DNA of 64,000 bases from Candidatus Omnitrophota bacterium (GTDB taxonomy: Bacteria; Omnitrophota; Gorgyraeia; Zapsychrales; Aceulaceae), in NCBI GenBank assembly GCA_029564765.1, contig JAKQPK010000013.1:28216-92215 (forward strand), given 5' to 3'. A program made the translations under genes and the position numbers. Below the pieces are notes generated by a model. It saw only the letters and a program-made list of their open reading frames with translations, made no database searches and had not been told where the DNA came from. This document shows positions 38,678 to 48,518 of the stretch, one piece after another (position 1 is the stretch's first letter; each line of letters begins with the position of its first letter).

Positions 38678-40231
38678 CTATCCTTGTTTTTCTGTTTTTT
38701 CTTTCTGCGCTTCATTCGTTGGCTCTAGTTTCGCAGGCTCAAGAGGTATCGTGAAGTGAAAGGTCGTGCCTTCACCGATCTTGCTCGTGACCCAGATCGT
38801 TCCCTGATGCGCGTTGATGATATTTTTTACCAGAGCCAGCCCTAAACCAGTGCCTTTAATGTTCTGATTAAGCTCATTCTCGACACGGTAAAATTCAGTG
38901 AATAGCCTTGGCATGTCTTCTTCGCGCATGCCAGCGCCAGTGTCCTGCACTTGCACGTTTACTTCTTTATCATTGCCGGAAGCGCGAATGGTGATCGTAC
39001 CCTTGGGTGTATACTTGATCGCATTACTGAGCAGATTGATAAATACGCGTTCCAGCTGTTTGCTGTCAGCCAGGACCAACGGAAGGTCATCAGAGACTTC
39101 TGTAATGAAGGTGATATTTTTTTCGCGCATTTGGGGCATCAGAAGATCCCGCATGTTTTCAATGAGCATTCTTAAGTTTACTTTCTCAAATTTCATTTCA
39201 ACGCGGCCTGACTCAATTCTGGCGATATCCAGAAGGTCATTGATCAACTCGACCAAGCTGTCTGAATGCTTGTTGATCTTCTCTAGGCGCTCTTTGACTT
39301 TTTCCGGGATCTCACCAAGCTTGCCAGACATCAAAATAGCTGCATACCCTTTGATCGATGTGAGCGGGGTCCTTAGCTCATGAGACACGGCGGAGACAAA
39401 TTCAGATTTTGTCCGGCTTATTTTTTGTACTTTTTCAAGGGCTAACGCAAGTTGACGGGTGCGATCCTGGATCTTTAGTTCCAACTCTTGGCGGGATTTA
39501 TAAACTTCTTCAAAAAGCTTAGCGTTTTCTAAAGATTGTCCGATTTGATTCGTGAGGATAGATATCATTTCTTCGTCTGCTTCTGAGATAGGCGTTGTTT
39601 CTGTCTGATTGCCAACAAAGATAACGCCCATAGTTCCATCTTGGGTTAAGATAGGAGCTAAGATAAAATGTGGGATTCCGAACACGCTGATGGCTTTTTC
39701 TTTTTTTTGCTTTGAGGCGGTAGCCGAAGAAAATGGATATCCTTCTTGCAGGACAGAATTAAAGGACGTATCCTTTAAAAGATCATTCGTGATTTCTGAG
39801 ACTTGATCATTGCCAAACCCTGTATTCACGCGCATGCGTAGATTTCTTTCTTCATCAAATGTCAGGACAAGGATTCGCTCGAATCCTAGCTGTAGCATCA
39901 GGGACTTGTCAAGGCGGCGAAAGATCTCCTCCTCGTCTAGGGTTGTACTGATCAATCGTGAAGTTCTCTGCAGAGCGTCTAGGCTCGCAAGGCGCCGGTC
40001 AAGCTCTTCTTGCGCGCGGTTTAGCTCAAGGTCGGTCTTAAGGATCAGCTTTGCTTGTTCATCAAGACTGTTAAAAGATAGCTTCAGTTTCTTCAGCGCA
40101 TCTTGCAGTTCTTTGACCTGATCGATCTTGTTAATAAGAAAGAAAATGAGTGTACCGATCGTTCCTAAAACGATCACGGCAATAACCGCAAAGATAGTTG
40201 TATCGACCGCCGAGCTTGTGATATTTAGCAT
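38678..40231 (-). CDS. Sensor histidine kinase (TM, coiled coil, GAF, HisKA, HATPase_c)
   Basis: HELRTPLTSIKGY H-box, an N-box ...LLSNAIKYT, G-boxes DTGAGM and GTGLGLALV. An N-terminal TM helix and a GAF-like region. Confidence 0.85.
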   Translation of the reverse strand: MLNITSSAVDTTIFAVIAVIVLGTIGTLIFFLINKIDQVKELQDALKKLKLSFNSLDEQAKLILKTDLELNRAQEELDRRLASLDALQRTSRLISTTLDEEEIFRRLDKSLMLQLGFERILVLTFDEERNLRMRVNTGFGNDQVSEITNDLLKDTSFNSVLQEGYPFSSATASKQKKEKAISVFGIPHFILAPILTQDGTMGVIFVGNQTETTPISEADEEMISILTNQIGQSLENAKLFEEVYKSRQELELKIQDRTRQLALALEKVQKISRTKSEFVSAVSHELRTPLTSIKGYAAILMSGKLGEIPEKVKERLEKINKHSDSLVELINDLLDIARIESGRVEMKFEKVNLRMLIENMRDLLMPQMREKNITFITEVSDDLPLVLADSKQLERVFINLLSNAIKYTPKGTITIRASGNDKEVNVQVQDTGAGMREEDMPRLFTEFYRVENELNQNIKGTGLGLALVKNIINAHQGTIWVTSKIGEGTTFHFTIPLEPAKLEPTNEAQKEKTEKQG

Positions 40232-40290
40232 AAGATCATTTCTGTGCTATACCAAGACTATCATCCAAGAGTTTTCTTGGCAAGATGAAA

Positions 40291-41499
40291 CTAATGGGTT
40301 TTGTGTTGCGCGAGAGCCAAGATATTGATCGTTCCGTTTTGTAAAAAGCAAGGACTGCCGCGCTCTGTCGTGCTTAGTGGCGCGAACTCTCCATAGGTGT
40401 ACATTCCAAAGACCGGAATATGATCGCCAAAGACTTCTTTGACCGCTTGAACCTCTTGAAAGGCGCTTCGCCCTAATAATTTTTGACGTGCCACAGACTC
40501 AAAAATAGCCACAAGTTCTGCGGGACGGCCTAAAAGCGCGTCTTTGGCCTCGCGGGCTGCCTGAACAGCCGCTTGTTTGCAAGAATCTTTATTTCCGATC
40601 ATGATATGAACTTCTGCTCCCTGAGGCACTTCTCCTTGGCAGACCAAGCTGCCGTCTTCTAGGACATTCACAATATGGTTTAAGATGTATTTCTGTTGTT
40701 CTTCGATCAAAACCCCCAGAGGATAAAATAAGCGCGCACGATTGAGGCGATTAAGAAAAAGTAGGGAGGCTTGCTCACCAAAAAATTCTTCGTAAAGAGA
40801 GATCGCTTTTTTACCATTGATCCTATGGATCACGTTGCGGTCCGTCCGATCAGCAATGCGTGGCTTGCCCAGAGGCTTCCACCCGTGCTGACTGGAAAGG
40901 CCAACGGCTATTTGCCCGCCGATCATTAAGGCACAGGCGGCATCAGTGGTGACATCGCCGTTAAAATATTGATAGGTTTTCTGGTAATGGAAGTTATCGA
41001 AGCTTCCTCCTCCGACGATTGGTGAAAATTGTCCAAACGACTCTTTCAGCCCTCTTAGCAAAAGAGGTCCTTTCGCGGAGAGGCCATCAAAGAAGACGAG
41101 CGAAAGCTGACGTGGGTTCATGCCAAAATCTTTTAAGACTTTACGCGCAAGCTCGCGGGAGGCAACTTCCGGGTTCTGCTCCTCCAAGTTTTTGATCAAG
41201 GCAGAGCCAAATTGAATTTGTTTTGAGGCGCCGCTGATCGTCATAACGGCGATCCCCGTTGATTCAATAGAACCTGAGAGGATAATACCGCTTGTAGAGG
41301 CTCCGATCGTTCTCGCGTCCGGAAAAATATCTTTAACGACAGCAAGAGCTTCTAAACGGCTATACGCAGCCGTTGCGTATACCAAAACAAGGTCTGCTGG
41401 TTCTTGGTTGATCTGGATCTTGGCTTGCGCCGACGCATCTTGAGCGGCACGGTAGGGGTTTTCATTTTTGCTGAAGCCAATTCCGACGAGTAGGGGCAT
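40291..41499 (-). CDS. FIST-domain sensor protein (FIST_N plus FIST_C)
   Basis: Length and motifs are typical of FIST sensory proteins. It lies upstream of, and co-oriented with, the histidine kinase. Confidence 0.6.
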   Translation of the reverse strand: MPLLVGIGFSKNENPYRAAQDASAQAKIQINQEPADLVLVYATAAYSRLEALAVVKDIFPDARTIGASTSGIILSGSIESTGIAVMTISGASKQIQFGSALIKNLEEQNPEVASRELARKVLKDFGMNPRQLSLVFFDGLSAKGPLLLRGLKESFGQFSPIVGGGSFDNFHYQKTYQYFNGDVTTDAACALMIGGQIAVGLSSQHGWKPLGKPRIADRTDRNVIHRINGKKAISLYEEFFGEQASLLFLNRLNRARLFYPLGVLIEEQQKYILNHIVNVLEDGSLVCQGEVPQGAEVHIMIGNKDSCKQAAVQAAREAKDALLGRPAELVAIFESVARQKLLGRSAFQEVQAVKEVFGDHIPVFGMYTYGEFAPLSTTERGSPCFLQNGTINILALAQHKTH

Positions 41500-41574
41500 A
41501 TAATAATTATATTAATATTTTAGCAATGATGTGCTCATTCTAACGAGCCAAAGATGAGGTGTCAATAATTTTTG

Positions 41575-41602
41575 TTGACCAAAAAAGAAGGTATGATATT
41601 AT
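41575..41602 (+). promoter_or_regulatory. Candidate sigma70 promoter (TTGACC, 16-nt spacer, TATTAT) upstream of tRNA-Glu
   Basis: Hexamers seen at about 41575-41580 and 41597-41602, about 90 nt before the tRNA. Confidence 0.35.
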
Positions 41603-41693
41603 TTTACTCGTCTGTAAGCTCATTGAGAAAAGATGAAAGACAATCCCCTCAAGCGGGGACTTTCAATAGTTCATATCTTTACAAAAGATCTGC

Positions 41694-41771
41694 GGCCCCA
41701 TCGTCTAGCCTGGTCCAGGACGCTAGGTTCTCAGCCTATAAACACCGGTTCAAATCCGGTTGGGGCTACCA
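41694..41771 (+). tRNA. tRNA-Glu (anticodon CUC), CCA encoded
   Basis: Acceptor GGCCCCA/UGGGGCU. D-arm UCGUCUAGCCUGGUCCAGGAC, nearly identical to E. coli tRNA-Glu. Anticodon loop UUCUCAG, T-arm ACCGG-UUCAAAU-CCGGU, discriminator A plus CCA. Confidence 0.8.
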
Positions 41772-41795
41772 CTTCAGAGGTCTTGATAAGAACAT

Positions 41796-42173
41796 ATGGA
41801 ACATAGAACTAAAGGACAGGTCGAGGCGCTGATCAGCGAAGCGATCATCAAGTTTGAGAAAGAGTATATGGGCCGAGGACCGGTAGAGACCAAGGCTTAT
41901 ATCATCAAAGACATGGTCTTTATTCGACTCAAAGGTGTCCTGACCCCTGCGGAAGAGCAACTTGCCAAGAGCCCGGAAGGATCAGACTTGATCAAGCGTA
42001 CAAGAATGCAGCTTTTAGAGCATGGGCGTGTTTTGTTAGCGAACATGATCTCTTCGATCACTAATTGCCAAGTGCAGAGTCTGCATACGGATATCAGCAC
42101 AAAGACCGGCGAGCGCGTCATTGTCTTTACCCTTGATATGAATTTGGAGGAGATGCTCCCTGAAAAAGATTGA
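41796..42173 (+). CDS. MpsC/DUF2294-family small protein
   Basis: KGQVEALISEAIIKFEKEYMGRGPVETKAYIIKDMVFIRLKGVLTPAEEQL is the conserved DUF2294 core. Paralogue at 43276..43632. Confidence 0.6.
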   Translation: MEHRTKGQVEALISEAIIKFEKEYMGRGPVETKAYIIKDMVFIRLKGVLTPAEEQLAKSPEGSDLIKRTRMQLLEHGRVLLANMISSITNCQVQSLHTDISTKTGERVIVFTLDMNLEEMLPEKD

Positions 42174-42371
42174 CGAAATTATTTTTTAAGTTAAAATAAT
42201 TTTGTTATTAAGATATTGGAAGACTGTCAGCGAGAGCCTTGATCACGTTGGGGCTGTTGCAGAGTAAGCCAACAAAAGTTTGCGTTTCTTTTTAAAAGAG
42301 CGAAAAACATTTGTTGGCTTTTTTGTTGGCAGTTGAACATCATGGCGATCATCAAAGAACGGAGGTGTTGG

Positions 42372-43286
42372 ATGGATCAGGGGTCTTTACGTATGACGCG
42401 TTTTACTGATGTTGAATTCTTCAAAAGAGGCAAGGTCCGGGATGTTTATGACCTCAAGGATAAGCTGTTGGTGGTTTCTACGGATCGTATTTCTTGTTTT
42501 GATGTGGTTTTGCCGACATCGATTCCTCACAAAGGAGAGATCCTGACAAAGCTTTCGCTTTTTTGGTTTAATTTTACAAGGGACATTATCGATAATCATT
42601 TTATTTCCGCTAATGTAGAGGAGTATCCTGAAGTTTTACAACAGTATCATGATGTTTTAAGCGGCCGCTCCATGCTCGTTAAGAAAGCGCAAGCCATTCC
42701 TGTTGAGTGCGTTGTTCGAGGATATCTCTCTGGCTCTGGATGGAAAGAATATCGAGCAAAAAGATCTATCTGCGGCATTCCCTTGCCCTCAGGATTGCGG
42801 GAGTCGGATAAGCTTCCGGAGCCCATTTTTACTCCATCAACAAAAGAGGATGTCGGTCATGATGTCAACGTTTCTCAAGAGTTTGTTGAGAGCGAGCTCG
42901 GCAAGGAGATGGCGGAGCAGCTTAAAAAGACAAGCTTGGCAATATACCAGAAAGCAAGCCAATACGCGGAATCCAAAGGGATCATTATTGCTGATACCAA
43001 ATTCGAATTCGGTCTTTATGATGGCAAGATGATCTTGATCGATGAGGTTTTGACTCCGGACTCGTCCCGTTTTTGGCCTCGAAAGACCTACGCTCCCGGC
43101 GGGTCCCAGGCCAGTTTTGACAAACAGCTTGTGAGGGATTACCTCGAAACATTGGATTGGGATAAAACACCGCCCGGCCCTGAGTTACCAGAGCATATTG
43201 TCCGTCAGACCAGCGAAAAATATTCAGAAGCTTTAACCTTGCTCAGCGGGCAATCATTTTGCCCAGGGTCATGCCATGGCTGTTAG
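42372..43286 (+). CDS. purC: Phosphoribosylaminoimidazole-succinocarboxamide (SAICAR) synthase
   Basis: RBS GGAGGTG plus ATG at 42372. RDVYDL...[15 protein letters not shown]...[10 protein letters not shown] motifs. Short Cys-rich tail CPGSCHGC. Confidence 0.9.
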   Translation: MDQGSLRMTRFTDVEFFKRGKVRDVYDLKDKLLVVSTDRISCFDVVLPTSIPHKGEILTKLSLFWFNFTRDIIDNHFISANVEEYPEVLQQYHDVLSGRSMLVKKAQAIPVECVVRGYLSGSGWKEYRAKRSICGIPLPSGLRESDKLPEPIFTPSTKEDVGHDVNVSQEFVESELGKEMAEQLKKTSLAIYQKASQYAESKGIIIADTKFEFGLYDGKMILIDEVLTPDSSRFWPRKTYAPGGSQASFDKQLVRDYLETLDWDKTPPGPELPEHIVRQTSEKYSEALTLLSGQSFCPGSCHGC

Positions 43287-43632
43287 TTCAGTATCCGCGA
43301 TCGAGGAGCTGGTGAATCAAAAGCTGCATGATCTTCTTGAACAGTTTCTGGGAGAGGACGCGCGATCGGTTACTAGCAAGATCGTTGACGATGTGATCAT
43401 CGTAAGGTTCCAGAATGTTCTTGCCTTGGGGGAGAAACATTTAAGTGAAGATCCTCAGGGCGGAAGGCTGATCCAAGACCTTAAGATGAAGTTAATCGAA
43501 AAAGCAAGGCCAGCCCTAGAGCGCTGTATCGAGGATATCACGGGCGCGCGCGTAATGGACTTGCATTCAAGTTTTAATTTGGCTACGCGAGAACGGCTAG
43601 AGATCTTTGTGCTGGACCAAAATTTAACATAA
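43276..43632 (+). CDS. MpsC/DUF2294-family small protein (second paralogue)
   Basis: [39 protein letters not shown] parallels 41796..42173. Confidence 0.55.
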   Translation: MAVSSVSAIEELVNQKLHDLLEQFLGEDARSVTSKIVDDVIIVRFQNVLALGEKHLSEDPQGGRLIQDLKMKLIEKARPALERCIEDITGARVMDLHSSFNLATRERLEIFVLDQNLT

Positions 43633-43650
43633 GAATAATCAGGAGGTGAC

Positions 43651-44187
43651 ATGCTTGAATGGAACGCGTATGGGGATTATCCCCAAATAGATAAAACAGC
43701 GTATATTCATCCTTCAGCTGTTGTTATTGGAAAGGTCGTGATCGGCAGCGGTGTTTTTATCGCGCCTGGAGCGGTGATCCGCGCTGACGAAGAAGAGAGC
43801 TCAATTATGATCGCGGACCGCTGCAATATTCAGGATCATGTCGTCATCCATGCGCTCGGCCACAGCCGCGTAGAGCTTGGCGAACGAACATCATTGTCGC
43901 ATGGCTGTATCGTGCACGGTCCTTGCAAGATCGGAAAAGATTGTTTTATTGGTTTTAACTCTGTGATCTTTAATGCTGAATTAGAGGATCATGTTTTTGT
44001 CAAATTTATGGCTGGAGCCTTGGATGTGCATATTCCTGCCGGCCGCGTGATACCTAGCGGAACGGTCATCGATACCGCGGCTAAAGCTGACGCCTTATTG
44101 GTCATGCCGAAAGAGCTGGAGATCTTTAGCCGCAACGTCTTGCAGGCTAATGCGGTCTTGCTCAAAGGCTATCGCAAAGAAACTTAG
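43651..44187 (+). CDS. Gamma-class carbonic anhydrase / hexapeptide-repeat (LbH) family protein
   Basis: Left-handed beta-helix hexapeptide repeats with the metal-ligand His pattern (HPSAVVIGKV...HDHVVIH...HGCIVHG), typical of gamma-CA/PaaY/CaiE. RBS AGGAGGTG. Confidence 0.8.
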   Translation: MLEWNAYGDYPQIDKTAYIHPSAVVIGKVVIGSGVFIAPGAVIRADEEESSIMIADRCNIQDHVVIHALGHSRVELGERTSLSHGCIVHGPCKIGKDCFIGFNSVIFNAELEDHVFVKFMAGALDVHIPAGRVIPSGTVIDTAAKADALLVMPKELEIFSRNVLQANAVLLKGYRKET

Positions 44188-44257
44188 GGTCATAACAACA
44201 TCTCGCGATCTCGATCACGCTTAAACGAAGCCTTGCGCCTTTCAAAAAGAAAGCTTC

Positions 44258-44286
44258 TTGATAGGATAAATTTTTATAGGTATAAT
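44258..44286 (+). promoter_or_regulatory. Sigma70-type promoter (TTGATA, 17-nt spacer, TATAAT)
   Basis: Hexamers at about 44258-44263 and 44281-44286; drives a roughly 135-nt structured leader or sRNA. Confidence 0.5.
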
Positions 44287-44395
44287 ACGTTGTTGATAAG
44301 ATCTTTTTTAAGCCAAATCCTGTAGTCGTATCCCTATTCTTGGAGAAAGGAATCAAGGGATTGCTTTTAAAGGTGCTCAAGTGAATTTAATGATC

Positions 44396-44428
44396 GGCAA
44401 TGCCCAATAGCAGGGCATTGCCTTTTTT
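44396..44428 (+). terminator. Rho-independent terminator (GGCAAUGCCC-AAUAGCA-GGGCAUUGCC then U6)
   Basis: Perfect 10-bp GC-rich stem and a U tract, about 30 nt upstream of the histidine-kinase start. Confidence 0.75.
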
Positions 44429-44460
44429 ATTAGCTGATCCGTTTTCTCAAGGTTTTGAAT

Positions 44461-47400
44461 ATGCAAGCTAATTTAGATTATATTTTTTTCTTATACGGAT
44501 TATCTTTTCTTATTCTAGCGGTTATTTCATTTCGCTTTTTTAGAGAGAAGATCAAGACTTCCTTGCAATGGAAATGGATGGCTCTTTTTGGCGTTCTTCA
44601 TGGTGTGCATGAGTGGGCTAATCTAATAGCTGTTTCTTTCCCTCTGTGCCGCCTTGGCAATGCGTTTTCTTTTCTTTTGCTGACAGCTTCCTTTATCTGT
44701 CTTTTAGAATTCGGTCGCAGGTCATTTAAAAGAAACACAGGACAGCATTTAGTTGGATCCTGGATATATGGACCTCTTGTTCTTTTGTGTGTTGTGTGCG
44801 GATTGCACGGAACAACAGGATGGGAGGTCGGCGTTCGTTATTCTTTGGGTTTTTTTGGTAGCCTATTGACAGCGCTAGCGTTCTTTAGGAGATCAGAGAA
44901 CACGCCTTTTCACCATAAGAAGCGTTTGCGGACTATTGGATGCTTGTTCGTCGTGTATGGGGTCGCAGTCGGCCTTGTTGTGCCTTATCAGGATTTTTTC
45001 CCTGCTTCGATTATTAATCAAGGCTCTTTCTTTCAGATGATAGGCGTTGCCCCTGAAGCCGTGCGAGCTTCCTGCGCCATTGTGATCGCGCTATTGTGCT
45101 TTTCGATCATCACGAGCCTGGAGATCTTATGGGCTGAAGAAGAAAAACAAAAGACCATTAAGCGTATCTTTATTTTTCAGCTTGCTGTTTTGTTTCTAGT
45201 TATTGTTGGAGGATGGATCTTTTTGCAGAGGGCCTCAGAGGGCGAGGTGGCACGCAAATCCCAGCATCTTTTAGACAGAACGCATTATCTTTCACAGGCG
45301 ATCAATATTGATCATTTAAGAAAGTTATCAGGAACGAGAGCGGACCTTGATCTTGCGGTTTTTGAGCGTGTTTGGGATTTTCTGAAAGAGATCCCAAAAG
45401 TTTTCCCGGAGCAACGTTTTGCTTATTTTCTGATCAAGAAAGACCAACAGCTAGTTTTTTTAGCCGATTCAGAGCCTTTGGGCTCGCAAGATAGATCCTT
45501 GCCGGGTGATGTCTTTGATGGCGCACCGCAAGCTTTTTATGATGTTTTTACGACTCGCCAAAGCTCCATCGTCGGTCCTTATAGCGATGAGTGGGGAACA
45601 TGGATCAGCTCGGCGTTGCCTATTCTTGACCCGGCAACAGGGCAGATCACGGCTCTTTTTTGCCTTGATCATAATGCCAAGGACTGGGCGCGAGATCTTG
45701 CAAGGCACCGTCTTTCGATCATCTTAGGGATCCTATGCCTGTCTTTTTTTATTGTTCTTAGCTTTTACATTTTCGGCAGAGAAAAACCCTTATCTAGCAA
45801 GATCTTTTATGTTGAGACCTTTTACGGGGCAGGCTTCTCTTTTGCGGTTGTCATCTTCATTTTTTTTGTTACCCTGCAAATAAGCCGTCAGCAGCGCGAT
45901 TTTCAATTTCAAAGGATCGCTGTTGTTTCTCAGGAGATCTTTGCAAGCACATTTCGTGAGGCGCGTCATTACTTAGAAACCCTAACAAAATATTTTGAAT
46001 GCTCATCCGACGTAACGTCCGAAGAATTTCATCGTTATGCGTCTGGGCTGGTTCAGGATCATGCGGGGATACAGGCCTTTGCCTGGATCCCTATTGTCAG
46101 GTCTGAAGAACTAAGCGGATATGAGGCAAAAGCAAGAGAGCGGGGAGAGAAAGATTTTTTTGTTTTTGAGAGAACACAAGCAGGTGGCAAGATCCCTGTT
46201 GGAAAAAGAGAAGAATATTTTCCTCTGTATTATCTTGAACCTTTATTTGATAACAAAGCTGCGTTAGGTTTTGATGCGTATTCAGAGCCTATACGTCGAC
46301 AGACCTTAGAGAGGGCGCGCAAGAAAGATTTGCGGTTTGCCACGGGCGTGATCGATTTTGTTGTTGACCAGAAAGGACGAAAGCAAGGGATCCTTGTTTA
46401 TCAGCCTGTGTACGTGCCCAAGCAAGGATTAGATGGTGAAATAAAAATAGAAAAGGAGTTTAAGGGGTTCTTGATGATGGCTCTGCGTCCCCAGTCACTT
46501 TTGGAAACAAGGTATTTTGTAAAACTTCTTTCTGATCGGCAGCTTACGCAGTCTTATGTCATCGATCTTGGTGATCCTTCGGGGATAACAGCCATGGCAA
46601 GCTATCCTGAAAAAAAAGGCCTTTCTTCGGCCGAGGCGCAAGACTTGTTGCGTAAAAAGCCCAACGAGCTTAAAGAGATTATGGTCTTTTCTTTTTTTGG
46701 CCGTTCATATGCGGTCGTCGTCACTCCAGAGAAGATATTTTTTCAGAAATATGCAAAGCCCTTGCCTTGGTTCGCTCTTTTCGCAGGGTTTTTATTTTCC
46801 GGCCTTTTAGCGCTTTTGATCTACACTTTGCAGAATCAGCGCAAGCGTGCCGAAGACATTGTGATCCACAGGACCGCGGAGCTTTTTGAAAGCGAGCAGC
46901 GATTTCGCAGCATCTTTGATAATATGGCCGATGGCGTGGCGATCTATCGGGCTGTGGATGATGGCAAAGATTTTGTGTTCGTTGATATCAATCGCGCAGG
47001 GCAGAAGTCTTCAAAGGTGGATCGCAGTGATGTTGTTGGCCGGCGCATAACCGATGTCTTTCCTTTTGTTTCGGACATGGGACTTCTTGCGGTCATGAGA
47101 CAGGTTTATCGGACCGGAACATCACAACAGCATCCACAAACCCTTTATAAGGATGAACGTCTCCAGCAGTGGGTAGAAAACTTTGTGTGCAAACTTTCTT
47201 CGGATCTTATTGCTGCTGTTTATACAGATCTCACGGAGCTTAAGCAGCAAGAATGCAAGGCCTTGGAAGCTCATCAAAGACTGCAGGCGATCATGGATTC
47301 AGCAAAGCGTGTCTCTATTATTTCTGTCAACCTAGATGGCGTTATTCAAACCTTTAATAAAGGCGCTGAAGAAATGATGGGCTATTCCGCTAAAGAAATG

Positions 47401-48504
47401 ATAGGCAGGAAAGCTATCCCGAGCCTTCATGTTGAGTCAGAAATTTTGTCCTATGCTCAAGAGCTATCCCAGGAGTTCGGCTATCCCGTGGATCCCTCTG
47501 AAGCGTTCAACGTCCGCATTAAGAGAGGCCAAAAAGAAGAGCGTGAATGGACATGTGTTCGTAAGGATGGAACGCGGTTAATAGTAAATCTTGTAATTAC
47601 GCCTCTTAAAATGGCGGATGGACAAATAGCAGGGTATCTGGGGACGGCAACGGATGTGACTGAAAGCAAGAAGGCTCGGGAAGAGCTGGCTGAGGCCAAC
47701 CACAGCTTAAGAGAGAACGAAAAACTTTTACGCCGGCTTTTGGTCGACTTGGAAGAAAGAAATGAACAGCTGAAAAAAACACAAGCTCAGCTTGTGCAAT
47801 CAGAAAAGATGGTCGCTGTCGGACAGTTGTCCGCTGGGCTGGCCCACGAGATCAAGAATCCTTTGGCGATCATGTTGTTGGCTGTGGAGTCTCTGGAAAA
47901 GAAGACAGACATGTTCAGCGAAGAGATCCAGAAGAAATTCGCAATGATCAGAGACTCTGTCCATCGCATGAACAAGATCATTAAAGGATTATTGAGTTTC
48001 TCACATATATCTGAGTCCGCTTTTAGTCGAGTTTCTGTCAATCATGTTGTCAGCGCTGCAGTCGCGTTGGTGCAGAACACGGCAAAGATCAACAATATTG
48101 CATTAAGGGTTCATCTTTGTCAGGATCAGCAGATCATGGCTGATACCTTGATGCTTGAACAGGTTTTTGTGAACATTCTCAACAACGCGATAGATGCTGT
48201 ACAGGGTTCAGGTGAAATTTTTATATCGTCATGGACACAAGATGACGACACCGGAAAACCTCAAAAGCTATTCATTGAGTTTCGAGATACAGGCCCTGGT
48301 ATCCCCCCGCAGGCGATTAAGAACATTTTTAATCCTTTTTTTACGACAAAGGAAACGGGAAAGGGGACAGGCTTAGGGTTAAGCTTGGCATTTTCCACGA
48401 TCGAAAAGCATAAGGGCAAAATAACAGCCTCCAATTACGCTCATGGTAGAGGAGCTGTGTTCTTGATCGAATTACCTGTCTTGGCAGCCAAGAAAGATGC
48501 TTAA
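44461..48504 (+). CDS. Multi-domain hybrid-type sensor histidine kinase (N-terminal 7-8 TM, CHASE-like periplasmic domain, PAS repeats, HisKA, HATPase_c)
   Basis: CHASE-like block ...LYYLEPLFDNKAALGFDAYSEPIRRQTLERARKK.... PAS regions, H-box HEIKNPLAIM and G-boxes DTGPGI...GTGLGLSLA. 1349 aa by the track. Confidence 0.85.
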   Translation: MQANLDYIFFLYGLSFLILAVISFRFFREKIKTSLQWKWMALFGVLHGVHEWANLIAVSFPLCRLGNAFSFLLLTASFICLLEFGRRSFKRNTGQHLVGSWIYGPLVLLCVVCGLHGTTGWEVGVRYSLGFFGSLLTALAFFRRSENTPFHHKKRLRTIGCLFVVYGVAVGLVVPYQDFFPASIINQGSFFQMIGVAPEAVRASCAIVIALLCFSIITSLEILWAEEEKQKTIKRIFIFQLAVLFLVIVGGWIFLQRASEGEVARKSQHLLDRTHYLSQAINIDHLRKLSGTRADLDLAVFERVWDFLKEIPKVFPEQRFAYFLIKKDQQLVFLADSEPLGSQDRSLPGDVFDGAPQAFYDVFTTRQSSIVGPYSDEWGTWISSALPILDPATGQITALFCLDHNAKDWARDLARHRLSIILGILCLSFFIVLSFYIFGREKPLSSKIFYVETFYGAGFSFAVVIFIFFVTLQISRQQRDFQFQRIAVVSQEIFASTFREARHYLETLTKYFECSSDVTSEEFHRYASGLVQDHAGIQAFAWIPIVRSEELSGYEAKARERGEKDFFVFERTQAGGKIPVGKREEYFPLYYLEPLFDNKAALGFDAYSEPIRRQTLERARKKDLRFATGVIDFVVDQKGRKQGILVYQPVYVPKQGLDGEIKIEKEFKGFLMMALRPQSLLETRYFVKLLSDRQLTQSYVIDLGDPSGITAMASYPEKKGLSSAEAQDLLRKKPNELKEIMVFSFFGRSYAVVVTPEKIFFQKYAKPLPWFALFAGFLFSGLLALLIYTLQNQRKRAEDIVIHRTAELFESEQRFRSIFDNMADGVAIYRAVDDGKDFVFVDINRAGQKSSKVDRSDVVGRRITDVFPFVSDMGLLAVMRQVYRTGTSQQHPQTLYKDERLQQWVENFVCKLSSDLIAAVYTDLTELKQQECKALEAHQRLQAIMDSAKRVSIISVNLDGVIQTFNKGAEEMMGYSAKEMIGRKAIPSLHVESEILSYAQELSQEFGYPVDPSEAFNVRIKRGQKEEREWTCVRKDGTRLIVNLVITPLKMADGQIAGYLGTATDVTESKKAREELAEANHSLRENEKLLRRLLVDLEERNEQLKKTQAQLVQSEKMVAVGQLSAGLAHEIKNPLAIMLLAVESLEKKTDMFSEEIQKKFAMIRDSVHRMNKIIKGLLSFSHISESAFSRVSVNHVVSAAVALVQNTAKINNIALRVHLCQDQQIMADTLMLEQVFVNILNNAIDAVQGSGEIFISSWTQDDDTGKPQKLFIEFRDTGPGIPPQAIKNIFNPFFTTKETGKGTGLGLSLAFSTIEKHKGKITASNYAHGRGAVFLIELPVLAAKKDA

Positions 48505-48518
48505 GCGGTCTTAAAGAT

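Noticed and set aside
41572-41832. Track ORF 41572..41832 (+)
   Set aside because: It runs through the tRNA-Glu gene and its promoter and has no coding signal.
42174-42371. Purine or ZTP (pfl) riboswitch upstream of purC
   Set aside because: I found no UGACUGGCG / CCGCCUGGGC-type ZTP cores and no purine-aptamer junction motifs. Only a generic stem plus U tract is visible.
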